Positions 28,241 to 37,357 of a stretch of 64,000 nt of DNA are shown piece after piece (position 1 is the first letter of the stretch; each line of letters opens with the position of its first letter). This DNA is from Candidatus Omnitrophota bacterium (GTDB taxonomy: Bacteria; Omnitrophota; Gorgyraeia; 2-01-FULL-45-10), in contig CAIMPC010000007.1 in assembly GCA_903843285.1 (NCBI GenBank), positions 92,730-156,729 of the forward strand, read 5' to 3'. A program made the position numbers and the translations under genes. The notes under the pieces were generated by a model. That model was not told where the DNA came from. It made no database searches and worked only from the letters and a program-made list of their open reading frames with translations.

Positions 28241-29605
28241 ATGAAGAATATCTTCTCTGCGCCTACAGCAGTAAATCTGGAAATAACCGATGCGTGCAAC
28301 CTGAAGTGCCGCCATTGTTATAACTTCTGGAGGGAGGAAGGAAGCGCAACAGTATCGCTCTCCAGAGACCAGCTCGACGGATTATTGGATATTTTTGTGG
28401 AAGCGAAGGTCTTTCATGTCGTCTTCAGCGGTGGTGAACCGATGACTAGATTCGATATTCTAGAGTATGGGATAAAGAGGGCGTTATCTCTTGGCATGTC
28501 GGTCAGCTGCAATTCTAATCTTCTTCTCGCTACGGATGACAATCTGGCGCGTCTTTCAGACGCGGGCCTTGATCACATCCTGACAAGCCTGAATTCGTAC
28601 GATCGCGAAACTAACGATTATATGGTCAGGCTCGATGGTGCATTTGATAAGATCGTGAGCGGCATTGAAGCGGCCGTGTGTAACAGGATCAGAGTCAGCG
28701 TGAATATGATCGTGGCACAGAAGAATAGAAACCATGTTTATGAGACCGGTAGGCTCTGCCACAGATTGGGATGCCAGAAATTGTTCGGCACACGTACGGT
28801 GCCATCGATCAATCTGGAACATGCCGATGAGACTGAGTTCAGATTGATCAAAGAAGACGCCCGTCACACACTTGATCAGCTCGTCAGGGTAAAGAAGGAT
28901 ACTGGGATCATGATCGGTACGCTTGTCAGTTATCCGCTATGTCTGCTCGGCGATCTGGAAAAATACGCTGATTTTGTCGGGCGGGGTTGCCCGGCTCAGT
29001 CAGGGCATGTGATCAGTATCAATGCTAACGGAGAGACGCATGCATGCGTACATGAAGCTCAGGGGTACGGAAATGTCTTTGAGATAGGCATAAAACAGGC
29101 ATATCAGAACATGATCAAGTGGCATGATAAAAGTTACTATTACAAAGAGTGCGCAGGATGTGAATACATCCAAATATGTGAAACAGGATGCAGGTTATCG
29201 GCCCACGCGTATTTCGGGTCACTTGATGGAAAAGATCAACTGATGGAGGGTAAAGACAAGTTCATCGAGCCTTACAAGCTTGTGTACGACCCGTCTTTTT
29301 ATCAGAAAGTTAATCAGGGAGCGGTCTTTACCGTTCCCAGGCGTCTGCGATTCCGGAAAGAAGATGGTTATTATCTTGTCAATATAAGATGGGCCAATAC
29401 GATCACTTGCCCCACTGACGTGGCCGAATTATTGATCAAATATCAAGCATCGGGACTGGGATTCGGTATCGATGATATAGGCGTAAATAATCGTGAGATA
29501 TTGGCCAGATTGTTTTTTAAGGATGCCATAGAATGCAGTGAGCTTAAATATAATGATTTGAGGCACAAGGCCGGATTGAGCGATAGTATTATCGATCGTG
29601 TATGA
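28241..29605 (+). CDS. radical SAM/SPASM domain protein (anSME-like architecture)
   Basis: CNLKCRHC radical SAM motif. C-terminal CAGCEYIQICETGC (CxxCx5CxxxC) SPASM motif. An alternative upstream start at 28181 overlaps neuC. Confidence 0.7.
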   Translation: MKNIFSAPTAVNLEITDACNLKCRHCYNFWREEGSATVSLSRDQLDGLLDIFVEAKVFHVVFSGGEPMTRFDILEYGIKRALSLGMSVSCNSNLLLATDDNLARLSDAGLDHILTSLNSYDRETNDYMVRLDGAFDKIVSGIEAAVCNRIRVSVNMIVAQKNRNHVYETGRLCHRLGCQKLFGTRTVPSINLEHADETEFRLIKEDARHTLDQLVRVKKDTGIMIGTLVSYPLCLLGDLEKYADFVGRGCPAQSGHVISINANGETHACVHEAQGYGNVFEIGIKQAYQNMIKWHDKSYYYKECAGCEYIQICETGCRLSAHAYFGSLDGKDQLMEGKDKFIEPYKLVYDPSFYQKVNQGAVFTVPRRLRFRKEDGYYLVNIRWANTITCPTDVAELLIKYQASGLGFGIDDIGVNNREILARLFFKDAIECSELKYNDLRHKAGLSDSIIDRV

Positions 29606-29665
29606 TCACGATCTATGTAATTTGCCTGGCAGGGTAAACCATAATCAAAGGAGCGTGAAATTGTC

Positions 29666-30322
29666 ATGCAGATAGATATTTCAAAAGCGTTTGACTATGA
29701 AAATGGTTTTTATCTGGCCTCCCAGCAGCAACGGATAGGTAAGTTTGCCGCCCATCTGGAGCTTTTCAGGAAAGTATCCGATGTAGCGGGTGAAATAGTT
29801 GAATGCGGCGTATATAAGGGCGCGTCGTTATCCAGGTTCATAAAGTTTAGAGCCGTATTTGAAAATCCTTTTAGCAAGAAGATAATCGCCTTTGACACGT
29901 TTGGCGCATTTCCAGAGGCGCATTATGAACCTGATAAAGCGAAGAGAGATCAATTCATAGAAGAAGGCGGCCCCAACAGCATATCCAAGGAGGAGCTTGC
30001 CGATATTTTAAAGAAGCTGGATCTTTATGAAAACATCGAGCTGATAGAGGGGGATGTGCTCCTGACGATCGATGAATATAAGAAAAAAAATAAGCAGCTC
30101 AAGATATCCCTTCTGCATATTGACGTAGATCTTTATGAAGCGACGAAGGCCTGCCTTGAAGGTCTTTATCCGATGATGACAAAAGGCGGTATAGTGATAT
30201 TGGATGATTACAATAAGTTTGCCGGTGCGACCAAGGCAATAGATGAGTATTTCTCAGGCAGGAGCATTCGAATACAGAAACTACCGTATTCGGGCGCGGT
30301 TTCGTTCATAGAGATCCGGTGA
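29666..30322 (+). CDS. TylF/MycF-family (macrocin O-methyltransferase-like) sugar O-methyltransferase
   Basis: GVYKGASL...LLHIDVDLYEATKACLEGLYPMMTKGGIVILDDY matches the TylF-family class I methyltransferase fold. Confidence 0.7.
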   Translation: MQIDISKAFDYENGFYLASQQQRIGKFAAHLELFRKVSDVAGEIVECGVYKGASLSRFIKFRAVFENPFSKKIIAFDTFGAFPEAHYEPDKAKRDQFIEEGGPNSISKEELADILKKLDLYENIELIEGDVLLTIDEYKKKNKQLKISLLHIDVDLYEATKACLEGLYPMMTKGGIVILDDYNKFAGATKAIDEYFSGRSIRIQKLPYSGAVSFIEIR

Positions 30323-30325
30323 TTT

Positions 30326-31552
30326 ATGGGATCCAGCCAGACCAGCAACAGATATAGCGTAAAGTGGGGGCTTCCGGAAGAGGTTCAGTTTTGCAAGAAA
30401 TGCGTTATGTCGAATCAGGTGCCCTCAGCTGTCATAGAAACAAGACATAAGAATACGGATAAGAAGCCAACTCTTACTTTTGATGAAGACGGTATCTGCC
30501 ACGCGTGCCGCTGGGCAGAGATGAAAGACTCAATAAACTGGTCTGAACGGGAAAAGGAGTTGCAGGATCTCCTGGATATGCATCGAAGGAACGATGGGCA
30601 TTATGATGTTATTGTGCCATCGAGCGGGGGGAAGGATAGCTCATTTGCTGCGCATATGCTTAAGCATAAGTATGGAATGCATCCGTTGACGGTTACGTGG
30701 GCACCGCATATCTACACTGAGATCGGTTGGCAAAATTTTCAGAACCTTATACATGCCGGATTCGATAATGTTCTTATAACGCCGAACGGAAGAGTTCATC
30801 GCACCCTCACTAAACTGGCCTTTAAGAACCTGGTGCATCCATTTCAGCCGTTTATAATCGGACAGAAAAATGTAGCGCCGAGGCTGTCTATCGAGAAGAG
30901 CGTCAGTCTGATCATATATGGGGAGAATCCCGCCGAGGCAAATTCAACGGTCGGAAATAATTCTTCGCCGATCATGGACCGTGAACACTATGCTATCTCG
31001 CAGGAAGACTTAAAGGATGTGCGCCTGGGGGGTGTCAGCTTACAGGAGCTTGAGTCATATGGCATAAGCAGGGCTGATCTGAATCTATATCTTCCGGTTG
31101 ATATTCAGAGAGTGGTTGAAAACAGGACAGAGGCTCATTATTTGAGCTATTATGTTAAGTGGGATCCGCAGGCAAATTTTTACTATGCCGCGGAGAATGT
31201 GGGGTTTAAAGTGAATCCCGAGCGGACCGAAGGGACGTATTCAAAATATGCGAGCCTGGACGATAAGATAGATGGGTTTCATTACTTCACTACTTATATT
31301 AAATTTGGTCTGGGCCGGGCTTCGTATGATGCGTCTCAGGAGATCCGACGCGGCCATATCACAAGAGAAGAGGGAGTGGCTCTGGTCAAAAAATATGACG
31401 GTGAGTTTCCCAGGAAGTATTTTAAAGATTTTCTGGAATATATGGATATACCAGAGGATGGTTTTTGGAAAATAATAGATGGTGCGCGCTCAGAGCATCT
31501 ATGGCGCAGCATGGATGACGGAACGTGGCAACTTAGACACCAGGTGCAATAA
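30326..31552 (+). CDS. N-acetyl sugar amidotransferase (PP-loop ATPase; WbuX/PseA-like)
   Basis: PP-loop VPSSGGKDSS. Family is normally paired with HisH/HisF-like WbuY/WbuZ, which are present at 33704-35277. Confidence 0.7.
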   Translation: MGSSQTSNRYSVKWGLPEEVQFCKKCVMSNQVPSAVIETRHKNTDKKPTLTFDEDGICHACRWAEMKDSINWSEREKELQDLLDMHRRNDGHYDVIVPSSGGKDSSFAAHMLKHKYGMHPLTVTWAPHIYTEIGWQNFQNLIHAGFDNVLITPNGRVHRTLTKLAFKNLVHPFQPFIIGQKNVAPRLSIEKSVSLIIYGENPAEANSTVGNNSSPIMDREHYAISQEDLKDVRLGGVSLQELESYGISRADLNLYLPVDIQRVVENRTEAHYLSYYVKWDPQANFYYAAENVGFKVNPERTEGTYSKYASLDDKIDGFHYFTTYIKFGLGRASYDASQEIRRGHITREEGVALVKKYDGEFPRKYFKDFLEYMDIPEDGFWKIIDGARSEHLWRSMDDGTWQLRHQVQ

Positions 31553-31574
31553 TACCAAAAAGGCCTTCACGACA

Positions 31575-32279
31575 ATGTATAAAGACAAGAAGATATTGGC
31601 TATAGTTCCGGCTAGAGGAGGATCTAAGGGTCTCCCGGGAAAGAATATAATGGAGATCTTTGGCAAACCCGCTATCGCCTGGACCATAGAGAGCGCGCTT
31701 AAGAGCGCGTTTCTTGATAAGACTATTGTCACTACTGATGATCAAGAAATAGCCGATATAGCGCGTAAATATGGCGCAGTCATACCTTTTATCAGGCCAA
31801 AAGAGCTGGCAGGCGATAAGACTCCTATGATAGATGTTATTCTTCATGCGTTAGATTTCTTTAAAAAATGCGGTGAGGCATATGACATCATGGTCCTGTT
31901 ACAGCCGACATCGCCGCTTCGAAAGGCCGAAGACATAGATGGATCAATAAAAGCCATGTTCGAGAAGGGTGCAGGTTCGGTTATTTCTGTATGCGAAACA
32001 GAACATCCGCCGTATTGGTCCAATACACTCCCTCCCGATGGGTGTATGAAGGACTTTGTCCGAAAAGATATTATGAACAAGAACAGGCAGGAGCTGCCTA
32101 AGTTCTACAGGCTTAACGGAGCTATATATGCCTCCGATGTTGAATATTTATATAAGTTGAACTGTTTTTTTGGAGAGAAAACATTTGCATATGTAATGCC
32201 GTTTGAACGCTCCGTAGACATAGACCACAAGACGGATATGCTGCTATCGGAGATCTTACTGAGGGCGCAAAATGGCTAA
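31575..32279 (+). CDS. neuA: acylneuraminate cytidylyltransferase (CMP-nonulosonate synthetase, NeuA family)
   Basis: KKILAIVPARGGSKGLPGKNI N-terminal signature. Start set at ATG 31575 (the ORF-track start at 31479 overlaps the upstream gene). Confidence 0.75.
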   Translation: MYKDKKILAIVPARGGSKGLPGKNIMEIFGKPAIAWTIESALKSAFLDKTIVTTDDQEIADIARKYGAVIPFIRPKELAGDKTPMIDVILHALDFFKKCGEAYDIMVLLQPTSPLRKAEDIDGSIKAMFEKGAGSVISVCETEHPPYWSNTLPPDGCMKDFVRKDIMNKNRQELPKFYRLNGAIYASDVEYLYKLNCFFGEKTFAYVMPFERSVDIDHKTDMLLSEILLRAQNG

Positions 32280-33693
32280 AAGGCCACGGGTTCTATTCAT
32301 CATACATGACCTCTATCAGGAAGATAACCATTTCCCATTAGGTCCGGCGTATCTGGCTGCCATAATGAGGCGCAATGGTGTTGATGTCGAGATATATTGC
32401 CAGGATGTATTCCATTACTCAAGCGATGAATTGGCTCGCTACCTGGATAGAAATGAGTTTGACGTGATCGGCGTCGGTTTCTTGGCGGCCAGGTTCGCCG
32501 AGACAATAGACCCGCTTTGTAAAGTGATCAATCATCATAAAAAAGGAGCTTGGCTTGTATTGGGCGGGCCAGGCCCTTCTCCCATACCCGACTATATGCT
32601 TAAGACGACAGGTGCCGATATTGTAGTTATGGGTGAGGCTGAAGACACTATGATGGAGCTGATCAGCGGTAAGATCGCAAATGCCGGCTTATCCGGGATA
32701 AAAGGTATAGCCTACATGGATGGCGTCGAAGCCAGGATAAATGAGAGACGTAACCCCGTAAAAGATCTCGACTTGATACCCTTCCCCGAATGGTCGTTAT
32801 TTCCCATGGAAAAGTATATCAGGTGCCTAAAGCCATTCAGGGCGAATGAGAAGGACGTGGTATTTGGTATGGTTACAAGCCGCGGTTGCGTCAACCGGTG
32901 TAACTTTTGCTATCGTATGGAAGACGGTATTCGCACTCGGAGCGTAAAGAATGTGGTCGAAGAGATAGAGTACCTATACAAGACCTATGCGGTAAATTAT
33001 TTTGTAATGTACGATGAGCTATTCGTTTTTTCCAAGAAAAGAATACGTGATTTCAAGAACGCGCTGACTGAGCGGGGATTGAAGATAAAATTCTCATGTA
33101 ATGCCAGGGTGGATCTTTTTGACGAGGAACTGGCCGGGCTTCTGAAAGATTGCGGATGTCAGTTCCTGAACCTGGGGATGGAGTCTTCGGATCAGACAGT
33201 CCTGGATGCTATGAAGAAGCGGACCACTGTAGAGCAGAACATAAAAGCTGCGGAGATAACCAAGAAGGCCGAGATAGGGCTCGGATTGAATTTTATATGG
33301 GGGAATATAGGCGATACCGAGGAATCTCTTAAAAACAACGTGATGCTAATCAAAAAATATAATACATATGACCAGCTGCGGACGATAAGACCTGTCACGC
33401 CTTATCCTGGATGCGATCTTTATTACGAGGCTATAAAGAGAAATAAGCTCAAAGACGCCGAAGATTTTTTCCGGAAATTCAGCAATTCCGATCTTCTCAC
33501 CGTAAATTTTACGGATATTCCCGATGACATATATTGCTCCGCACTTTTCGAAGCGAACAAGTATCTTATAACCGACCATTATGAAAATACTACAGGAGAT
33601 ATGGCAGCGGCTTCAAAGATGATAAAGGATTTTCAGGACCTCTACCTGGGCAAGAATATAAAATTCAGAGGCGCCCGCCATTACATAAAGTGA
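32272..33693 (+). CDS. cobalamin-binding (class B) radical SAM protein
   Basis: B12-domain motif LGGPGPS. SRGCVNRCNFC radical SAM motif. Confidence 0.75.
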   Translation: MAKRPRVLFIIHDLYQEDNHFPLGPAYLAAIMRRNGVDVEIYCQDVFHYSSDELARYLDRNEFDVIGVGFLAARFAETIDPLCKVINHHKKGAWLVLGGPGPSPIPDYMLKTTGADIVVMGEAEDTMMELISGKIANAGLSGIKGIAYMDGVEARINERRNPVKDLDLIPFPEWSLFPMEKYIRCLKPFRANEKDVVFGMVTSRGCVNRCNFCYRMEDGIRTRSVKNVVEEIEYLYKTYAVNYFVMYDELFVFSKKRIRDFKNALTERGLKIKFSCNARVDLFDEELAGLLKDCGCQFLNLGMESSDQTVLDAMKKRTTVEQNIKAAEITKKAEIGLGLNFIWGNIGDTEESLKNNVMLIKKYNTYDQLRTIRPVTPYPGCDLYYEAIKRNKLKDAEDFFRKFSNSDLLTVNFTDIPDDIYCSALFEANKYLITDHYENTTGDMAAASKMIKDFQDLYLGKNIKFRGARHYIK

Positions 33694-33703
33694 TCATAAG
33701 TCC

Positions 33704-34618
33704 ATGTGTAAGAATATTCGCATAATACCCAGGCTTGATATAAAAGGGGAAAATCTCGTTAAGGGTATTCATCTGGAAGGGCTGCGCGTCCTTGGCAAGC
33801 CAGAGGACTTTGCTTATGAGTACTGCGCCGGAGGAGCGGATGAATTACTCTACATCGATATCGTGGCAAGCCTTTACGGCAGGAATAATCTTATCGATAT
33901 AGTTCGCCGCACGGCCGCGAATATATTTATCCCACTAACGGTAGGTGGAGGGATAAGATCTGTAGACGATATAAGGATGATGTTGCGCGCCGGCGCGGAT
34001 AAGGTCGCGATAAATACTGCAGTCGTAAAAAGACCGGAGTTTATTAGCGAGGCAGCTAACGCATTCGGTTCCCAGTGTATCGTCCTTTCGATTGAAGCAA
34101 AGCGTACCGGAGACGGAACTTATGAAGCGTATACCGATAACGGCAGAGAGCGAACGGGCCTCGATATCTTTAAATGGGCGCTTAGGGGAGCGGAACTCGG
34201 CGCAGGTGAGATCCTTATCACTTCTATCGATAATGAAGGCACCGGTAAGGGGTTTGATATCGATCTAATAAGAAAGATGTCGGCTATTGTGGATATCCCG
34301 GTGATCTCCTGCGGTGGCGCGGGTAAAATGGGTGATTTTGAAGACGCGGTTGTGAGCGGAAGTGCTGATGCGATATCGGCCGCTTCGGTATTCCATTACC
34401 ATCTAGTCAAGACACAGTCGGTGCCGCAAAAATTTAATTTAAAGAGCAATCTGGATCATCTTGCGAAGAGCCTTTCGAGTGATGGTGCCAGTTTTGGCGC
34501 GATAGAGACATTCAGCGTCAAGGGCCTGAAGTCATATTTGGTCGGGAAAGGGCTGCCGATCCGTCCGGTGATGAGCGCTCATATACTGATAGAGCCTAAT
34601 GCCGAGAATATTTTATGA
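33704..34618 (+). CDS. imidazole glycerol phosphate synthase cyclase subunit HisF-like (WbuZ-like)
   Basis: RIIPRLDIKGENLVKG...VGGGIRS HisF signature. Sits in a sugar cluster next to a HisH-like gene. Confidence 0.8.
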   Translation: MCKNIRIIPRLDIKGENLVKGIHLEGLRVLGKPEDFAYEYCAGGADELLYIDIVASLYGRNNLIDIVRRTAANIFIPLTVGGGIRSVDDIRMMLRAGADKVAINTAVVKRPEFISEAANAFGSQCIVLSIEAKRTGDGTYEAYTDNGRERTGLDIFKWALRGAELGAGEILITSIDNEGTGKGFDIDLIRKMSAIVDIPVISCGGAGKMGDFEDAVVSGSADAISAASVFHYHLVKTQSVPQKFNLKSNLDHLAKSLSSDGASFGAIETFSVKGLKSYLVGKGLPIRPVMSAHILIEPNAENIL

Positions 34619-35277
34619 CACATCGCATCGTGATCGTAGATTATGGAGCCGGAAACCTTTATAGCATAGAGCGGGCATTGGATTTCATAGGCGTTCAAGC
34701 CGAAGTGGTAAGCACTCCGGAAAAGATAGCTGGTGCCGAACGCATAATTTTGCCGGGAGTCGGCGCTTTCAAGAACGGTATGCGAGGATTGTCTGAACGT
34801 GGCCTGGTAGGTCCGCTGCAGGAATATGTCAGGTCGGGCCGACCATTGCTCGGCATCTGTCTGGGCATGCAGCTACTGATGAGTGAAAGTGAGGAATTTG
34901 GCAGATACGATGGACTCAACATGGTCAAGGGCAAGGTAGTCCGGTTAGACCCAGCGCTTCCAGGCAAGGAGCGATTCAAGGTTCCGCATGTAGGATGGAG
35001 CAGGGTAATACGGAGGGAAAGCAGTTGTGCGGAGATGCCGGATGGGTGGACGGAGGGCGTTCTTAAGAGCCTCCCCAATGGTTTCTTTGCATATTTTGCC
35101 CACTCATTTGTGGTTGTGCCCGAAGATGGCTCGGCCTGTATAGCTCAGACAAAGTATGGTGGAGCGACATTTTGCTCTTGCCTGCAGCAGAATAATTTAT
35201 ACGGCTGCCAGTTCCATCCGGAGCGTAGCGGCATAGAAGGTTTGGAGATCTATAGGGACTTTGTCCGGAGAAATTAG
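34615..35277 (+). CDS. glutamine amidotransferase HisH-like (WbuY-like)
   Basis: IVIVDYGAGNLYSIERAL...LPGVGAF class I GATase signature. Confidence 0.8.
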   Translation: MTHRIVIVDYGAGNLYSIERALDFIGVQAEVVSTPEKIAGAERIILPGVGAFKNGMRGLSERGLVGPLQEYVRSGRPLLGICLGMQLLMSESEEFGRYDGLNMVKGKVVRLDPALPGKERFKVPHVGWSRVIRRESSCAEMPDGWTEGVLKSLPNGFFAYFAHSFVVVPEDGSACIAQTKYGGATFCSCLQQNNLYGCQFHPERSGIEGLEIYRDFVRRN

Positions 35278-36445
35278 CTTTATGGGAAGAATAAAAAAAA
35301 TTGTGTTTCTCATAGAGTCTTGCTACAACAAACGAGACCACGAGCGTTTCGGTATCGATATACTGATTAGGAACGGCTTCGATGTTGAAGTCTGGGATTT
35401 TACGTCGATCTTAGCTTCATCCAAATTCGGCAAAGTAAGACCTCCAGATCCGATAAAATGGAATAAATGGACTCTCTTCGAAACCAAAAAACAGGCTGTA
35501 GACGCTCTCCTGAGTTTGGACCGGTCGGTATATATTGTTTCGCTGGTCCGTTGTTATAGTAAGACGTTTTATCTGTATAAGGCCATTAAAAATAAAATGA
35601 CGCCTTATTGCGTACTGGGTGACAGTACGCCAAAAAGCTCGAGGCAGGAAGAAGCGGTCGTGAAGCAGATTAAGAACTTCACTTTTAGAAAACTGCTTCG
35701 TAAGATCACTGAGATCAAACCATTGAAATATTATTCGGTAATGGCGCCGGATATTATAATGGCCATGGGAGAGAGATATTTTGCGAATACTTACCCGGTG
35801 AGGAAAGAGACTGAGGTGGTCTGGTCGCATAGTTTCGACTACGATATCTATATGAAGATGAAAGGCTCTGCCGGTATAGCTAACCCTAAAGTTTGGGTTT
35901 TCTTAGACGTCTATTTCCCATTTCATCCGGATTTCATTAATTACGGGCTATCATTGAATGCCGATCCCGATGAATACCATTTGTCGCTTCGCCGATTTTT
36001 TGATCATATTCAGAGCGCATTTGGTGTTAGGAGCATAATTGCAGCGCACCCGCGTTCACATTATGAAAAACACGGTGATTGTTTTGGCGGCCGGGAGATC
36101 GTACGTGGCAGGACAGCGCAGCTGGTGAGGGAAAGCGATCTTGTAATCATGCATAATTCTCTCGCAATTAATTATGCCGTCCTTTTTAAAAAGCCTATCA
36201 TCTTCGTTACTACGAATCAGTATAACGCCAGTCAGGTTTATGAGGAGCCTTCAGTGAAATGGCTTGCCGGCTATTTCGGAAAAAGAGTGCATAATCTCGA
36301 TGACCCTATTAATGTAAAGCTGGAGGAAGAGATGAAAGTTAATGAGCCGGCGTACAGCAAATACAGGAACGATCACATAAAAAAAGAGGGTTCGGCAGAA
36401 TTACCATTCTGGCAGATCCTGGCCGATAGGCTTAAGCTAAAGTAG
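35261..36445 (+). CDS. putative CMP-sugar (nonulosonate/Kdo) glycosyltransferase, sialyltransferase/KpsC-KpsS-like GT-B with HP motif
   Basis: AAHPRS (HP motif), then about 28 aa later LVIMHNSLAINYAVLFKKPIIFV, resembling the C-terminal nucleotide-binding half of capsule Kdo transferases and bacterial sialyltransferases. Tentative. Confidence 0.35.
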   Translation: MSGEISFMGRIKKIVFLIESCYNKRDHERFGIDILIRNGFDVEVWDFTSILASSKFGKVRPPDPIKWNKWTLFETKKQAVDALLSLDRSVYIVSLVRCYSKTFYLYKAIKNKMTPYCVLGDSTPKSSRQEEAVVKQIKNFTFRKLLRKITEIKPLKYYSVMAPDIIMAMGERYFANTYPVRKETEVVWSHSFDYDIYMKMKGSAGIANPKVWVFLDVYFPFHPDFINYGLSLNADPDEYHLSLRRFFDHIQSAFGVRSIIAAHPRSHYEKHGDCFGGREIVRGRTAQLVRESDLVIMHNSLAINYAVLFKKPIIFVTTNQYNASQVYEEPSVKWLAGYFGKRVHNLDDPINVKLEEEMKVNEPAYSKYRNDHIKKEGSAELPFWQILADRLKLK

Positions 36446-36475
36446 TCCATTTTTAACGTTACGGAATATGTTAAT

Positions 36476-37339
36476 ATGAAAAAATGTTATTTGTGCGGTG
36501 CGAGCAAGATCGACTGTGTGGTCGGAAAAGTTCGGGATTTGCCTGATATACCGATCCTGAGATGTAAGGAGTGTGGCCTGGTATTTCTTGCGAATTTCGA
36601 TCACATAGACGATCGATTTTACGAAGAGTCGATGATGAGGGATAGATCGCCGATCGCTAACTGGAAGCTGTATTTAAAAGACTGTGCCAATGATGATGCG
36701 CGGCGCTCCCGGTGGATAAGGCCGGTGGCTACCAGCAAGTCTCTCCTTGATCTTGGCTGTGGCGCAGGCGGGTTCCTGTCGCGAGCCAAGAGGTTTACAA
36801 AAAAATGCGCGGGAGTCGAAAAAGACGACAGTTTAAGACGAGCGATACAAAGGCACTTTAGTATCAGGACTTACCCCGATATTGCAGAAGTCGATGAAAA
36901 ATTCGATATTATAACTCTGTTCCATGTGCTGGAGCACTTTAAGGATCCTAAGGGTGTCTTGATTGGCCTGGCCAAATTATTAAATAAGAACGGAAAGATC
37001 ATCATAGAAGTGCCGAATTCAAATGATGCGTTATTATCCTTGTATAAGAGCAAGGCTTTCTCAGAATTTACTTTCTGGAAATGCCACCTTTATCTGTTCA
37101 ATGATTCAAACTTACGGAGGCTGCTCCGTAAGGCCGGTTTACATGTAAACTCCATTGTGCAGATCCAAAGATATCCTCTTTCCAATCATCTTTACTGGCT
37201 TTCTAAGGGCAAGCCGGGCGGGCATAAGATATGGAATTTTATGGACGATAAAGAATTGACTCGTAAATATGAATGTCAGTTGGCTAAGATCGATGCTTGT
37301 GACACATTAATGGCAGTGGTGAGTAAATCAAGTAGATGA
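36476..37339 (+). CDS. class I SAM-dependent methyltransferase with N-terminal Cys4 zinc-ribbon
   Basis: CYLCGAS...CKECG zinc ribbon. LLDLGCGAGGFL motif I. Confidence 0.65.
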   Translation: MKKCYLCGASKIDCVVGKVRDLPDIPILRCKECGLVFLANFDHIDDRFYEESMMRDRSPIANWKLYLKDCANDDARRSRWIRPVATSKSLLDLGCGAGGFLSRAKRFTKKCAGVEKDDSLRRAIQRHFSIRTYPDIAEVDEKFDIITLFHVLEHFKDPKGVLIGLAKLLNKNGKIIIEVPNSNDALLSLYKSKAFSEFTFWKCHLYLFNDSNLRRLLRKAGLHVNSIVQIQRYPLSNHLYWLSKGKPGGHKIWNFMDDKELTRKYECQLAKIDACDTLMAVVSKSSR

Positions 37340-37357
37340 AATGAAAGGACAGTAACT

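Noticed and set aside
29581-29605. Inverted repeat CGATCGTG-tatgat-CACGATC spanning the stop codon of the SPASM radical SAM gene
   Set aside because: Short 7-8 bp stem with no following U-tract. It could be a minor mRNA structure, but there is no evidence for a terminator or riboswitch. It lies inside a tightly coupled operon.
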